From positions 15,785 to 79,784 of IMG/VR virus record IMGVR_UViG_3300028603_000032: DNA of 64,000 nt. One strand, written 5' to 3'. The DNA comes from a virus. Lineage: Duplodnaviria > Caudoviricetes. Below the pieces are notes generated by a model. The model saw nothing but the letters and a program-made list of their open reading frames with translations. It had not been told where the DNA came from and searched no databases. Shown piece after piece: positions 19,606 to 28,549 of this stretch (the first letter of the stretch is position 1; the number at the start of each line of letters is the position of its first letter). Both the position numbers and the translations under genes were made by a program.

Positions 19606-20937
19606 ATGACGTTCGCCCCACGGCGCTCCGATCTGGAGCGCTTTCTGGGGCCGAATGCGTTGCCTGAATGGGTAGACGCATTCGGCCGCCTGTCGCCAGA
19701 ACTTTGCGAGCACTACGGCTTCAACCGGCTGCGGTGGGTTCACTTCATGGGCCAGATCGCAGCGGAAACCAGCGGGCTTTCGCTGAAGCGCATGGAAGAG
19801 AACATGCGCTACACGTCGGCCGCACGCATCCAGCAGATATTCTCGTATCGGCTTGGGCTTGCGCTGAAAACACCGGAATACAGCCGGTTCAAGACGAAGG
19901 CGGCGCTGGCGCAATTCCTCGTCAACAAGCCTGACGACTTGGCGAAGGTCGTATATTCGAACCGCGAAGGCACCCCACCCGGCAAGGGAAATTTATACAA
20001 AGGCAGGGGACCTCTCCAGACAACCCACCTCAACAACTACCGTGCGGCCGGCAACGAGGTCGCCAAGCAGCCCGGCGGCGAGAAGTTCGACCTCGTAGCT
20101 AACCCGGAACTCCTCTCAACCGATTGCGAGCTTGGCGTCCGGGTCGCCTTCGCCGAATGGAAGCTGAAGGGCCTCAATCTTTGGGCCGACCGGGACGATT
20201 GCGATACGGTCTCCGATGTCCTCAACACGGGCAACCCAAACGATAACGTCAAGCCCCATGGCCTGAACGAGCGCCGTAGATGGACCGCCAAGGCCAAGGT
20301 GATCTGGCCGCATGATGGGTCGCGCGCTCCTGAAATGCCCGTCAGCGAGGCTCCTGTGGCTTCTGACGACGTATTGCGAAGGGGAGCGGAAGGCGAGCGT
20401 GTTCTGGCCCTGCAGAAGAAGCTCCATGATCTTGGCTACTTCTCAGGTCTGCAGGACGGCATCTATGGGCTTCTGACAGAGCGGGCGGTCAAGCTGTTCC
20501 AGTCGGAGCACGGGCTCGACGTGGACGGCATCGCCGGGCCGAAGACGCTCGAAGCGATGGAGAACAGCGCCCCGGCCGACCTTGGCGAGCGTGAGACCGT
20601 AACCGCCAATGACATGAAGAAGCGCGGGTCCCGCATCGTGACGCTGGGCCAGCGCATCCGTGCGTTCTGCCGCTGGCTCTACACGGCGATGTTCGGGACC
20701 GCATTGGCGGAATCGACGGGGCTCGGGGTCATCGACAAGGCTACGTCCACGGCTCACCGCATCAACGGGTTCGTCGACCAGCTCGGGCTTCCGACCGGCG
20801 TCACATCGCCGAAGGTGTGGGTGATCCTCGGTATCACTGGCGTGGGGCTCATGGCCTTCCTCGTGGGCAAGTGGAGCAAGGGGATCGTCGAGGCTCGCGT
20901 GGAAGACGCGCAATCCGGCGCTCATCTCGGGAAATAG
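19606..20937 (+). CDS. Endolysin: GH19-like catalytic domain, peptidoglycan-binding domain, C-terminal TM segments
   Basis: HFMGQIAAETSGL, YKGRGPLQTTHLNNY (GH19); LRRGAEGERVLALQKKL...DGIYGLLTERAVKLFQSEHGLDVDGIAGPKT (PG_binding_1). Confidence 0.85.
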   Translation: MTFAPRRSDLERFLGPNALPEWVDAFGRLSPELCEHYGFNRLRWVHFMGQIAAETSGLSLKRMEENMRYTSAARIQQIFSYRLGLALKTPEYSRFKTKAALAQFLVNKPDDLAKVVYSNREGTPPGKGNLYKGRGPLQTTHLNNYRAAGNEVAKQPGGEKFDLVANPELLSTDCELGVRVAFAEWKLKGLNLWADRDDCDTVSDVLNTGNPNDNVKPHGLNERRRWTAKAKVIWPHDGSRAPEMPVSEAPVASDDVLRRGAEGERVLALQKKLHDLGYFSGLQDGIYGLLTERAVKLFQSEHGLDVDGIAGPKTLEAMENSAPADLGERETVTANDMKKRGSRIVTLGQRIRAFCRWLYTAMFGTALAESTGLGVIDKATSTAHRINGFVDQLGLPTGVTSPKVWVILGITGVGLMAFLVGKWSKGIVEARVEDAQSGAHLGK

Positions 20938-20941
20938 ACCC

Positions 20942-21370
20942 ATGGACATAGCAGACGTTCTTGAGCGCGGTAGAGCGCTGTTTCTGCGTGTCTGGACGCA
21001 TCCCGTCGTGGTGGCTGTCTCTGTGGGCGTCGTGCAGATCTGCACGGCGGTCTCGACACTAGTAATCGGTTCATTCAAGGGGGCTAACAAGATGCCCATT
21101 TGGCTCATCGTCGGCGTGCTTACTGCTGTCGTCACGTTCTTCGGTGTGTGGACCTTCATCGACAACATCAAGGATGAGGTGAGGGCAGAGGAGCAAAGGG
21201 CCTGCACGCTCCGCATTGGTGAGATCGAGAAGAAGATCAACGCCGATGCCGATGCGAAGATCAAAGCCGCTCTGGAGGCTGCCGAGGCAACCTCACCAAC
21301 TCCAGAAGTGCCGGAAGAAATTGCCGCCCTATGCGCTAAGGACGCCGCTTGCAGGGATCGCACGCCATGA
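20942..21370 (+). CDS. Putative inner-membrane spanin (Rz-like); likely alternative start 21092
   Basis: TM segment followed by coiled-coil; overlaps the downstream lipoprotein gene; RBS AAGGGGG before MPIWLIVG. Confidence 0.6.
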   Translation: MDIADVLERGRALFLRVWTHPVVVAVSVGVVQICTAVSTLVIGSFKGANKMPIWLIVGVLTAVVTFFGVWTFIDNIKDEVRAEEQRACTLRIGEIEKKINADADAKIKAALEAAEATSPTPEVPEEIAALCAKDAACRDRTP

Positions 21371-21561
21371 AGAAACTCAGCCTTATCCTACCCTTGTTCG
21401 CCGCTGCTTGTGCGATGGACCAGCCGGTCAACGTGAGCGTAAAGGGAGACGTATCCTGCAAAGCTTTCAACTATCTGTCGTGGTCGAAGAAGGATACCCC
21501 GAAGACCATTGACGGGGTAAGGCGGCATAACGCGGCTTACTACAGGATATGCAAGTCGTAG
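21367..21561 (+). CDS. Putative outer-membrane spanin lipoprotein (Rz1-like)
   Basis: MKKLSLILPLFAAAC lipobox; ATGA overlap with the upstream gene. Confidence 0.65.
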   Translation: MKKLSLILPLFAAACAMDQPVNVSVKGDVSCKAFNYLSWSKKDTPKTIDGVRRHNAAYYRICKS

Positions 21562-21567
21562 ATTGGT

Positions 21568-22182
21568 TCATGCACCCGTTGAATCTGTGCTGGCGTCGGT
21601 GCGGTCAACGCTATGTTGCAGGGTGGGCAAAGGTACGAGTTCTGCCACGGCCCGCGAACTCCAGATGCAGCCGGATGCACAGTCCCACGGGTAATACCAG
21701 CGAACAGTCTGATCCAGCCGGAGAGACCAGACGTACGGCGCAATGATGATGCCACTGTAGCGTTCCGCAACTGCAGCCCAGCGTACAGCATTGCCATCGA
21801 ACAACCCACTATCGCCCATCTTATCGGCGAAGTGAGGGCGGCAACCGTATTCTTGGTGGAAGTTCCTAATTTCCGATTCATCGCGTAGCCGGAGGACATT
21901 CGCGTTATCGCGCAACACAACTTCTGTCGGGTGGGTGAGTTTTCCGAGCTGGAATTGCTCAGCCCTGCACCATGACGGCCAATCATCATCGCCTTCAACG
22001 GAGACCCACAGCCCGAACGGCTTCATGGCGCAGTCTCCCCGCATACCATCACGATCGCGGTCCTGACCTGCGTCGCGAATTTCCGTCAGGTAGTGGTCGC
22101 TGTGGTGAACCAGCCGCATCCTGCACTCCAGTTGGTTGACCGCACCGCCCGTTAGCGGGCACTCGACGTTAGCTTGAACCAA
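21568..22182 (-). CDS. Conserved hypothetical phage protein (likely start MRLVHHSD)
   Basis: KPFGLWVSVEG...WPSWC and WYYPWDCASGCIW Trp-rich motifs; long ORF convergent on lysis genes. Confidence 0.55.
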   Translation of the reverse strand: MVQANVECPLTGGAVNQLECRMRLVHHSDHYLTEIRDAGQDRDRDGMRGDCAMKPFGLWVSVEGDDDWPSWCRAEQFQLGKLTHPTEVVLRDNANVLRLRDESEIRNFHQEYGCRPHFADKMGDSGLFDGNAVRWAAVAERYSGIIIAPYVWSLRLDQTVRWYYPWDCASGCIWSSRAVAELVPLPTLQHSVDRTDASTDSTGA

Positions 22183-22333
22183 TATAGGAATTCAGCCGGC
22201 ATCCCGTCCCTACCCGCTGGCTGAATGAGCCCCCTCCGGTCTTGGTGTCCCTCCCAGGCCGGAGGGGGTGTTCTAGTCCTCACCCGCGTTCAACCCAACC
22301 TCAAAGCTCCGGCTCGATCAGGTGAACAAATGA

Positions 22334-22615
22334 ATGCGCCGCCCCGCCCCCAGACACGTCAATGGTACTCGCACACCATTTACGCCCCTGACCCCGGATT
22401 CGATAATGTTCCATCTTGGGAGACTGGAGGAGCGGACAGACCTCCTCGTTACCCGTATTACGGACCTGGAGCGCACAGCCAAGCGCAAGCGCCTGCCTTC
22501 TTTCCCCTGGCGGGAGATCATGCCATGGGCCTGGGGCATCATCATGTTCATCATGGCCCTCGTGTCCCCACAAACAGTGGATCGGGTAGGCAAACTGATG
22601 GCCCTCGTGAGGTAG
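22334..22615 (+). CDS. Small membrane protein (holin-like candidate)
   Basis: Short coiled-coil followed by TM IMPWAWGIIMFIMALV; near lysis genes. Confidence 0.4.
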   Translation: MRRPAPRHVNGTRTPFTPLTPDSIMFHLGRLEERTDLLVTRITDLERTAKRKRLPSFPWREIMPWAWGIIMFIMALVSPQTVDRVGKLMALVR

Positions 22616-22718
22616 TAAAAACTACGGGGATCATATTCGCCATTATCATGACTGGTATAGCCGCGGCTGCTCTTACGGTCGCGGTTATAGATCACCTGCA
22701 AATCGGGCTATCCGGATT

Positions 22719-24137
22719 TTAGCGTGTAACTCGACGCTCGATAAACTTTCTCGTTGGTGTGGAATCTGCTTCGCGTTGCATGCGTGCGTACTCGTCGTCT
22801 TCGGCATGGCAGACCTCCCACTCGATGTGGTGGAACACGTAATGACAGTTGCCGCAGCCAGGATCGAGACCTTCCAGAACCTTGACGTGGCCATGCTCGT
22901 CGGGCGGGCAGGTGATGACTGGCGCGCGGAAACTGCCTTCGGGGTACTCCCCCTTGCAGTACGGGCATTGGCGCAGCTTGCCAGACTCCATCAACAGCAC
23001 CTTGGCGCGGATGGTGCCGAACGAGTAGCCGCGGCCGGCACGGTTGGCGATCTTGGTCAGCCCGTTGACGGCCTCGGTATAGGCATTCGTCACCGGGTAA
23101 TCGAAGAATGCGAATATCTCGCTGCGCCAGTTCTCGACCATGTTGGCGACAGGCCGGAACTCGGTCTCGATGCGTTCGTCGATCTTCCTTGCCCAAGCGT
23201 CGAAGCGCTTCTCAGCCACGGCACGGCTCTTGGCGGCGAAGATGTCGTAAAACCGCTCTTTGGCGTGCCAAGCAGCATCGAGCAGTGGGTTATTGCCGAT
23301 TAGCCCGTCGAGCATCATGCGGCGCATCGGAGAGAGGCGGTGGCGGCTGGTTTGCAGCAGGAGCTTACCTTGCCTAGGGTTACGCCGAGGGGTCTTGCTG
23401 GCCTTCCTGGCGCGATTGCGCACCCTATCCAACGCGAAGTTCGCCTTGCTCAGGACGTGCCACTTGTCGATCACGATCTGGGCACCGGGTAGCAAGGCGC
23501 GGGCGGCATTCTTGTATGGCCCCCACATATCGATCGCGACGATCTTAATGCTCTCGCGCTTGGGCAGATGCAGCAGCCAGCGCTCAACGCGGCGCCGGTC
23601 CATGCTGTCGATGATGTCAAGCGGGCGGCGGGCGCCAATGTCAACGAAGATGGTGCGCTTGCGGCCCAGAAGCGTCAACTCGTCGATACCGAGCATCAAT
23701 GGCGCCTCGATCTTGCGCTCGGCAATACGCCGTTCCATGGCCTCGTTGCAGATGTTGCGGATCGTCTTCTCGTTGCAGCCGATGTGACGGGAGAGTGCCG
23801 CATAGGTCTGCGGGACGCCCTGTTCTTCAATGTACCGCACGCACCGCTTGGTCATCTGGCGCCGCGAATCCATGTCAGGCAGCGGCTGCATGGACGTGGC
23901 GTTGCACTCTCGACATCTGTAGCGCTGCACCTCGGCGATAATGACCACCTGCTTGCCGAATGCTGGGGCGTCCCGGTACTCGATGGTCTTGGTGCCGTGT
24001 CGGTACAGGCGCCCGACGCAGCCGCACTTGGGGCAAGTGTCAAGCAATCTTTGACAGTTCGCTTTCGCCTCGCGAACATCGCCGACGATGCGCATTTCGC
24101 GCACGTCCCATCCGTCCAGCCAGAGACCGTTGGTCAT
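22719..24137 (-). CDS. ISL3-family transposase
   Basis: zf CPKCG...CRECN; GIDE, AIDM, IDKWHV, TNAYTEAVN DDE motifs. Confidence 0.92.
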   Translation of the reverse strand: MTNGLWLDGWDVREMRIVGDVREAKANCQRLLDTCPKCGCVGRLYRHGTKTIEYRDAPAFGKQVVIIAEVQRYRCRECNATSMQPLPDMDSRRQMTKRCVRYIEEQGVPQTYAALSRHIGCNEKTIRNICNEAMERRIAERKIEAPLMLGIDELTLLGRKRTIFVDIGARRPLDIIDSMDRRRVERWLLHLPKRESIKIVAIDMWGPYKNAARALLPGAQIVIDKWHVLSKANFALDRVRNRARKASKTPRRNPRQGKLLLQTSRHRLSPMRRMMLDGLIGNNPLLDAAWHAKERFYDIFAAKSRAVAEKRFDAWARKIDERIETEFRPVANMVENWRSEIFAFFDYPVTNAYTEAVNGLTKIANRAGRGYSFGTIRAKVLLMESGKLRQCPYCKGEYPEGSFRAPVITCPPDEHGHVKVLEGLDPGCGNCHYVFHHIEWEVCHAEDDEYARMQREADSTPTRKFIERRVTR

Positions 24138-24382
24138 GACCGCAGCCAGCGCTTGATTTTCGACTTCACTTCCGTCGCGTCCGGTCGTCTGTCAAACTCA
24201 TCGTGCCACTGGATCAGTTCGTCTATTTCCTGCATCAGGGCGGCCATGCGCGGATTCCAGTTCTTCCGTCTCGTCGTCGAGGTCGTCGGGCTCGTAGCCG
24301 AAGCAGTGCGCGCAGGCATAGGTTTCGATCCCGTATTGATCGCAGCGAGAGATGCTGACGTTGGTCCTGCCGCAGCAGTCAC
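24134..24382 (-). CDS. IS passenger ORF (probable short start MAALMQEIDE at 24247)
   Basis: ATGA overlap with the transposase start. Confidence 0.35.
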   Translation of the reverse strand: MTAAAGPTSASLAAINTGSKPMPARTASATSPTTSTTRRKNWNPRMAALMQEIDELIQWHDEFDRRPDATEVKSKIKRWLRS

Positions 24383-24401
24383 ATGATCCGAAAGCCATCA
24401 T
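24198..24401 (-). CDS. IS passenger ORF, Cys-rich Zn-ribbon-like
   Basis: CDCCG...CAHC; ATGA overlap with 24398 ORF. Confidence 0.5.
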   Translation of the reverse strand: MMAFGSCDCCGRTNVSISRCDQYGIETYACAHCFGYEPDDLDDETEELESAHGRPDAGNRRTDPVAR

Positions 24402-24646
24402 TCTTCCTCATCGCAAAGCTCTAGCCCCGCGTCGATCCGCGCACCCGGCCACGTCTTCTCCGCCTTAGCGACGGCCTCATCCTCGGTGCAGCCGCGCTTC
24501 ATTGTGAAGAAGCCATCCGGAACGGCGCCATTGCTCCAGTCGTGGTCGTCCCAATCACGCGCATCAACGTACAGATCGCCTTGCCAAAACCCCTTCTCGT
24601 GGAAGGACACCACGACGACATCGGCTGCATGATCCTTAGGTGTCAT
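24398..24646 (-). CDS. IS passenger ORF, acidic 82 aa
   Basis: RBS AAGGAG; first ORF inside the IS left end. Confidence 0.55.
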   Translation of the reverse strand: MTPKDHAADVVVVSFHEKGFWQGDLYVDARDWDDHDWSNGAVPDGFFTMKRGCTEDEAVAKAEKTWPGARIDAGLELCDEEE

Positions 24647-24869
24647 AAGTGACTCCTTATCCCGGTTTGCGCGTCATATTTGACGACTAAACTATTCAGC
24701 AGGATGCGGGTCAGCGCCCACCAGTCGGCTCCACTATTCCACATCAAGTTCCGAAATTAATACAGGTGCCAGCGGACCCCATGTCAACACCTAAATCCGG
24801 AAAGCCGCAAATCGTTGCTGGGTGATGGCAGGCGTGGTGCTGGTGGTCTAGCTCAGAAGAGGCAACTCT

Positions 24870-24980
24870 TCAGAGCCCCCATTTGATCAGAACGTCGAGG
24901 AAGCGTGCGATCAATCGCTCGATCATAGGCCGGGCCAGGAATCCAAGCGTAAACGCGACGACGAGAAATGGCCACTCCAT
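24870..24980 (-). CDS. Small membrane peptide (36 aa, MEWPFLVVAFTLGFLARP...)
   Basis: Read manually; RBS GGAGGT; single TM. Confidence 0.45.
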   Translation of the reverse strand: MEWPFLVVAFTLGFLARPMIERLIARFLDVLIKWGL

Positions 24981-25196
24981 GATGGGTCTACCTCCCTCAA
25001 CCACTCGTCCGCTGTGCGTCGAGCCTGCGTTGTGCATCGCGCTGAAACGGACGCATATACCGGCGGCAATCCCTGCAGGCTACGGCGTAGCCGGCGAATG
25101 CGCCAACAACGAACGTCCAAGCTGTAAATTCCATCGTCTCTTTCCTCTACCCCCCACGCCTGCTGTCTTCGCTAGTTCATCGTATTTGTCCATGCT

Positions 25197-25514
25197 CTAG
25201 CCCCTTGCCCGCAAGTCTGCGGATATCCCCACCATCGCCTCATTGGACGACAGACCGCCGGTACGCCACAGTTCTTCGGCTAGCTTTGCTTTAGCCAGTG
25301 CAGCACGTAGGCGCCTGATCTCTGCGGCGGCATTCTGTGCAGCAGTCTCGGCGCGACGGTCAAATCCGCATTTACAGACGTGATATCGCGCATCGCAGCC
25401 GCGTTCGTGGTCGCCAGCATAAACCTCCCGCAGCCTCTCCACTATGTCTGTTGGTTCCATCGGGCGGCCTCGGCCTTTCGTGTCATTCGGGCAGTTGGTC
25501 AAAACACCCGTCAC
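25197..25514 (-). CDS. Hypothetical phage protein
   Basis: TDIVERLR...AAAEIRRLRAAL motif common in phage small proteins. Confidence 0.55.
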   Translation of the reverse strand: MTGVLTNCPNDTKGRGRPMEPTDIVERLREVYAGDHERGCDARYHVCKCGFDRRAETAAQNAAAEIRRLRAALAKAKLAEELWRTGGLSSNEAMVGISADLRARG

Positions 25515-25704
25515 ATAAGAAGTGCATGCTCGGCTTGAATAGATCGTAGACCTTGCGCTTCCTGTGCTGTCCGTGAGGCAGCGTGTTCCCGCACCGTGCG
25601 CAACAGGTCAGTTGCTGGACTGATCCAAAAAAGCCTGGCTTGCGACACGCCCATCGTGCGGTGCTTTCGCCATCAGCAGTCTGCTCGTGGGCGGTGTCTG
25701 CCAT
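25483..25704 (-). CDS. Hypothetical Zn-finger-like protein
   Basis: CARCG...LCDGC; preceded by leader motif A and RBS GGGAG. Confidence 0.55.
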   Translation of the reverse strand: MADTAHEQTADGESTARWACRKPGFFGSVQQLTCCARCGNTLPHGQHRKRKVYDLFKPSMHFLCDGCFDQLPE

Positions 25705-25720
25705 CCCCATCTCCCTATGC

Positions 25721-25742
25721 TGTGCCGGTACTCTCCCGGATG
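25721..25742 (-). repeat. Intergenic motif A, copy 1 (CATCCGGGAGAGTACCGGCACA)
   Basis: Directly after stop codon of 25743 ORF; matches copies at 26138, 27508, 28291. Confidence 0.85.
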
Positions 25743-26111
25743 TCACGGCTGGGCTTCGGCCAGCTTGGCCTTTCTGATCGCTCTCCGCAGCATCATGACA
25801 TTCGCCCGATTGAGCTGCTTCGGGCGGAACTCATCTGGCAGCTCCTTAGCCATTGCCAGCAATTTAGGGCGTCTCATGTCGGTCAGCCCCATGCGATCGA
25901 AGTCCATCATCTCGCGGGCATCTTCCACCACGTCGAGAAGACCGCACCACTCTGGCGTGGTTCGATCGTCCGGCACCTTCCTTCCCATCTTGTCTTCCGT
26001 GCAGCGGCCACCACTAAGAAAACCGCAGTAAATCGTGCGAGTTGAGCATTTGACAACGGGCTCGCCTGACTCGCGATCAAAATACACTGAGGGTCCATGC
26101 GACCTTTGCAT
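25743..26111 (-). CDS. Hypothetical protein
   Basis: Start MQRSHG with RBS GGAGAG downstream of motif A. Confidence 0.55.
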   Translation of the reverse strand: MQRSHGPSVYFDRESGEPVVKCSTRTIYCGFLSGGRCTEDKMGRKVPDDRTTPEWCGLLDVVEDAREMMDFDRMGLTDMRRPKLLAMAKELPDEFRPKQLNRANVMMLRRAIRKAKLAEAQP

Positions 26112-26137
26112 TGAGTTCCGTCTCTCCATAGTTGGTG

Positions 26138-26159
26138 GTGCCGGTGCTCTCCCGGATGA
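26138..26159 (-). repeat. Intergenic motif A, copy 2
   Basis: TCATCCGGGAGAGCACCGGCAC. Confidence 0.8.
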
Positions 26160-26167
26160 CACTGCAG

Positions 26168-26395
26168 TCAGATAACCTCGATCTTGAAGCGGCCACCGCA
26201 GTGCATGCCGCACGAAATGAAGCCCTCGCCCTTCTGAAGATCCACTTCGACGTCGTAATCACGCGAGCGGAGATGAGGGCGAGCATACTTGTGGATCTCG
26301 GCAGCAAGCTCGTCAGCATCGGCTGCCTCGACGCCGAGACTCGCGACGTTGCGGTTGCGGCCGATCCTCTCAAAAGTGACATCGTAGCAAATCAT
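26168..26395 (-). CDS. Hypothetical protein, 75 aa
   Basis: Preceded by motif B/RBS. Confidence 0.6.
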   Translation of the reverse strand: MICYDVTFERIGRNRNVASLGVEAADADELAAEIHKYARPHLRSRDYDVEVDLQKGEGFISCGMHCGGRFKIEVI

Positions 26396-26402
26396 CGGGC
26401 GG

Positions 26403-26430
26403 GTCTCTCCTCTATCCTCAGCCTCGGGGG
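26403..26430 (-). repeat. Intergenic motif B (CCCGAGGCTGAGGATAGAGGAGAGAC)
   Basis: Near-identical to 26944-26975; shares GCTGAGGATA core with three other copies. Confidence 0.8.
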
Positions 26431-26433
26431 CTT

Positions 26434-26751
26434 TCAGAGATCATCCACTATCTGGTTGATGGAGGCGCTTAGTGCCTCGCGAAGTTCCTTCTTCATGTCG
26501 CGCTTCAAAGCGCGCTTGATAAGCTCCGGCCGAGTTGGCTTGGCGGCGCGGACCGGAGGGCCGATGCTTTGCCTCTCGTCGAGCAGCCGATACAGTTCAT
26601 TCCAGACAGCATCGCACGCCTCGCCGTGCTCATCTATCGCCGCCTCCATGTTAGTCTTCCACGCAGGCGAGACGCGCGCTGCTCTTTCTCGTGCAACAAG
26701 CGAAAGCAGAAACGACAGGTCGTCGTCGCCTAGTGCCGTGGCTGTTTCCAC
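26434..26751 (-). CDS. Hypothetical protein (GTG start)
   Basis: 3' part of track ORF 26434..26850; RBS AAAGGG. Confidence 0.5.
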   Translation of the reverse strand: METATALGDDDLSFLLSLVARERAARVSPAWKTNMEAAIDEHGEACDAVWNELYRLLDERQSIGPPVRAAKPTRPELIKRALKRDMKKELREALSASINQIVDDL

Positions 26752-26762
26752 TTCCCGGCCCT

Positions 26763-26939
26763 TTATTGCTTGACGTTGGCACCGTTCAGCACGGCCGCTA
26801 TCTTCTCCTGAACCAGCGGGTTCGCAAACTCGCGCTGCAGACGCTTGCACGCGAGCTTGGTCTGCTCTCGCCGCTGCTCTGGCGTCATCTCGCCGATTTT
26901 CATGTTCCGCCCGTCTGGGTGCTTCGGCCAGTTGCTCAT
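26763..26939 (-). CDS. Hypothetical protein, 58 aa (MSNWPKHPDGRNMKIGEMT...)
   Basis: Read manually; follows motif B/RBS. Confidence 0.55.
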   Translation of the reverse strand: MSNWPKHPDGRNMKIGEMTPEQRREQTKLACKRLQREFANPLVQEKIAAVLNGANVKQ

Positions 26940-26943
26940 CGCC

Positions 26944-26975
26944 GTCTCTCCCTCTCTATCCTCAGCCTCGGGCCT
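26944..26975 (-). repeat. Intergenic motif B copy
   Basis: AGGCCCGAGGCTGAGGATAGAGAGGGAGAGAC, directly after a stop codon. Confidence 0.8.
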
Positions 26976-27203
26976 TCATTGTACGTTGCTCTGTGAGTAC
27001 GGCTTAAGGGCTTCCGTAGCCTTCTGGCGTAACTCGGCGGCGGCTTCCTCCAGCGCTGCGGCGGCATTCTTGAGTTCCCCTGTCCCGACGACGCGCCGCT
27101 TATGGTCTGCCAACGCACGCAACACTTTGGCTCCAGCCTCCAAGCCAGATGCTTTGCCTATGTCAGCAGTCGCAGAGGCGACTATTGCATGCGCGTTACC
27201 CAT
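26976..27203 (-). CDS. Hypothetical Ala-rich protein
   Basis: Start MGNAHAIV, RBS AAAGGG. Confidence 0.5.
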   Translation of the reverse strand: MGNAHAIVASATADIGKASGLEAGAKVLRALADHKRRVVGTGELKNAAAALEEAAAELRQKATEALKPYSQSNVQ

Positions 27204-27217
27204 GGTTCCGGCCCTTT

Positions 27218-27472
27218 CTATGCGGCGTTGCGCTTCGCTTTGTGGGCGGCGCGGATTTCCTCGCAACGCCTGAACACTTCCTGCGCAATCACATCCGGTC
27301 CGACCACATCGCGGACCACGTACAGCTTCTCGTTGCCGCCGCGCCACTTGTTCTTAATGAATGCGCCAGGGCCGTACAGCTCGGCCAAAACGCCAGCATC
27401 CTCAACGTCCTTGCAAGCCGCCTTGTACTCGCCGGCCGCGTTGTGGACCTTCCACTCTGGTGTCGCCGCCAT
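27218..27472 (-). CDS. Hypothetical protein, 84 aa
   Basis: Follows motif A+B/RBS. Confidence 0.6.
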   Translation of the reverse strand: MAATPEWKVHNAAGEYKAACKDVEDAGVLAELYGPGAFIKNKWRGGNEKLYVVRDVVGPDVIAQEVFRRCEEIRAAHKAKRNAA

Positions 27473-27480
27473 CCCCGTCT

Positions 27481-27529
27481 CTCCTCATATCCTCAGCTAC
27501 CATAGCTGTGCCGGTACTCTCCCGGATGA
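27481..27529 (-). repeat. Intergenic motif A+B
   Basis: TCATCCGGGAGAGTACCGGCACAGCTATGGTAGCTGAGGATATGAGGAG. Confidence 0.9.
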
Positions 27530-27982
27530 TTACGACTGTGATGGCGGTGGCAGCAGCTTCGCCTCCTGAACGCGCTCGATCAGAGGGCGACCATCGCTGG
27601 TCAAAATGTACGGCATAAATACCGCCTCGAATGATAGGATGCCGCACTCGACGGCCGTCACCTGCCCCTTTACCCAATCCCGCAGAATTGAGTTCACGGC
27701 GATCAGACCCTGCTGCAAAGCGCGCTGCTCGTGCTGCTGACAGGTGACGCGCATGCTAGTGCTCCACGGTTTGGCCTTAAGGTACATCTGAGCCCAGCCC
27801 TTGGCGGAGGCTTTGAGCTGTATCTGTCGGCCTCGGTGGGTGAACGCGAGCAGCACCGAATGGTCGCCAAAATCGTCCATGAAGCCGACGCTTTCGCAGC
27901 CGAACCGGCGAAGTATCTTCACAACTTCGTCGCGGGCAGCGGCTCCGCTTGTCGCGCTCTCGTATGGGACCTGAGTTGCCAC
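27530..27982 (-). CDS. Conserved hypothetical phage protein, 150 aa
   Basis: ILRDWVKGQVTAVECGILSFEAVFMPYILT..G motif recurrent in phage proteins. Confidence 0.65.
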   Translation of the reverse strand: MATQVPYESATSGAAARDEVVKILRRFGCESVGFMDDFGDHSVLLAFTHRGRQIQLKASAKGWAQMYLKAKPWSTSMRVTCQQHEQRALQQGLIAVNSILRDWVKGQVTAVECGILSFEAVFMPYILTSDGRPLIERVQEAKLLPPPSQS

Positions 27983-27988
27983 AGACCT

Positions 27989-28258
27989 CTACTCCACAGG
28001 CTTCAATCTAGGCGTCCCGTCAGTCACTTCGCGAACGCGCGCTGCAATCGCCGCATGGCGATCGTCGTGGCAGCTTCCGATAGGATCGTCACCTAGTATA
28101 GCGCGTATGGCTTCAGGATCATCGCGTTGCGTCATCTCGTATACGCGATCATTAGGGGCGCGCTCGTCCACGACGAAAAGACGAAACCGCTCGTCTCCGC
28201 AGATCAGGTAGTCCGCAGAGCCGTCTTCCTTAATGTGGACTACCGCAACAGCTTCCAT
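27989..28258 (-). CDS. Hypothetical protein, 89 aa
   Basis: Follows motif A+B/RBS GGAGG. Confidence 0.6.
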   Translation of the reverse strand: MEAVAVVHIKEDGSADYLICGDERFRLFVVDERAPNDRVYEMTQRDDPEAIRAILGDDPIGSCHDDRHAAIAARVREVTDGTPRLKPVE

Positions 28259-28265
28259 GCTTGGC

Positions 28266-28311
28266 CTCCTCTATCCTCAGCTACCATAGCTGTGCCGGTC
28301 TCTCCCGGATG
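28266..28311 (-). repeat. Intergenic motif A+B
   Basis: CATCCGGGAGAGACCGGCACAGCTATGGTAGCTGAGGATAGAGGAG. Confidence 0.9.
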
Positions 28312-28314
28312 TCA

Positions 28315-28539
28315 TCAGGCGAGCTTACCGCTGCACTGCCGAACGTCGATCTCGTTCCAGACCACGAACGTAGCTCCGCAGTGGTCGCAGATGACTGCGG
28401 TTCGTTCACCAGTTGAAGGGTGGTGCTGACCGTTATCTTTCAGACAGTGAGGGCAGCAATAGCCGCAATCTTCCGCATTGGAGTGATCACGTGAAGCGTC
28501 CCATACGGCGTCTTCATCATAGAGATCAGCGAGTTTCAT
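28315..28539 (-). CDS. Zn-ribbon hypothetical protein
   Basis: CPHC...CDHCG; first gene of leftward accessory operon. Confidence 0.6.
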   Translation of the reverse strand: MKLADLYDEDAVWDASRDHSNAEDCGYCCPHCLKDNGQHHPSTGERTAVICDHCGATFVVWNEIDVRQCSGKLA

Positions 28540-28549
28540 TGGCAGTTGC

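Larger units (their letters stand above)
22706..24806 (-). mobile_element. ISL3-family insertion sequence (2,101 bp) with passenger ORFs
   Basis: Imperfect terminal IRs GGCTATCCGGATTT (22706) and GGCTTTCCGGATTT (reverse complement ending 24806); perfect 8-bp target duplication GCAAATCG at 22698-22705 and 24807-24814. Confidence 0.9.

Noticed and set aside
6801-19914. Numerous long antisense and alternative-frame ORFs over the structural genes
   Set aside because: Typical high-GC shadow ORFs without recognisable motifs or RBS
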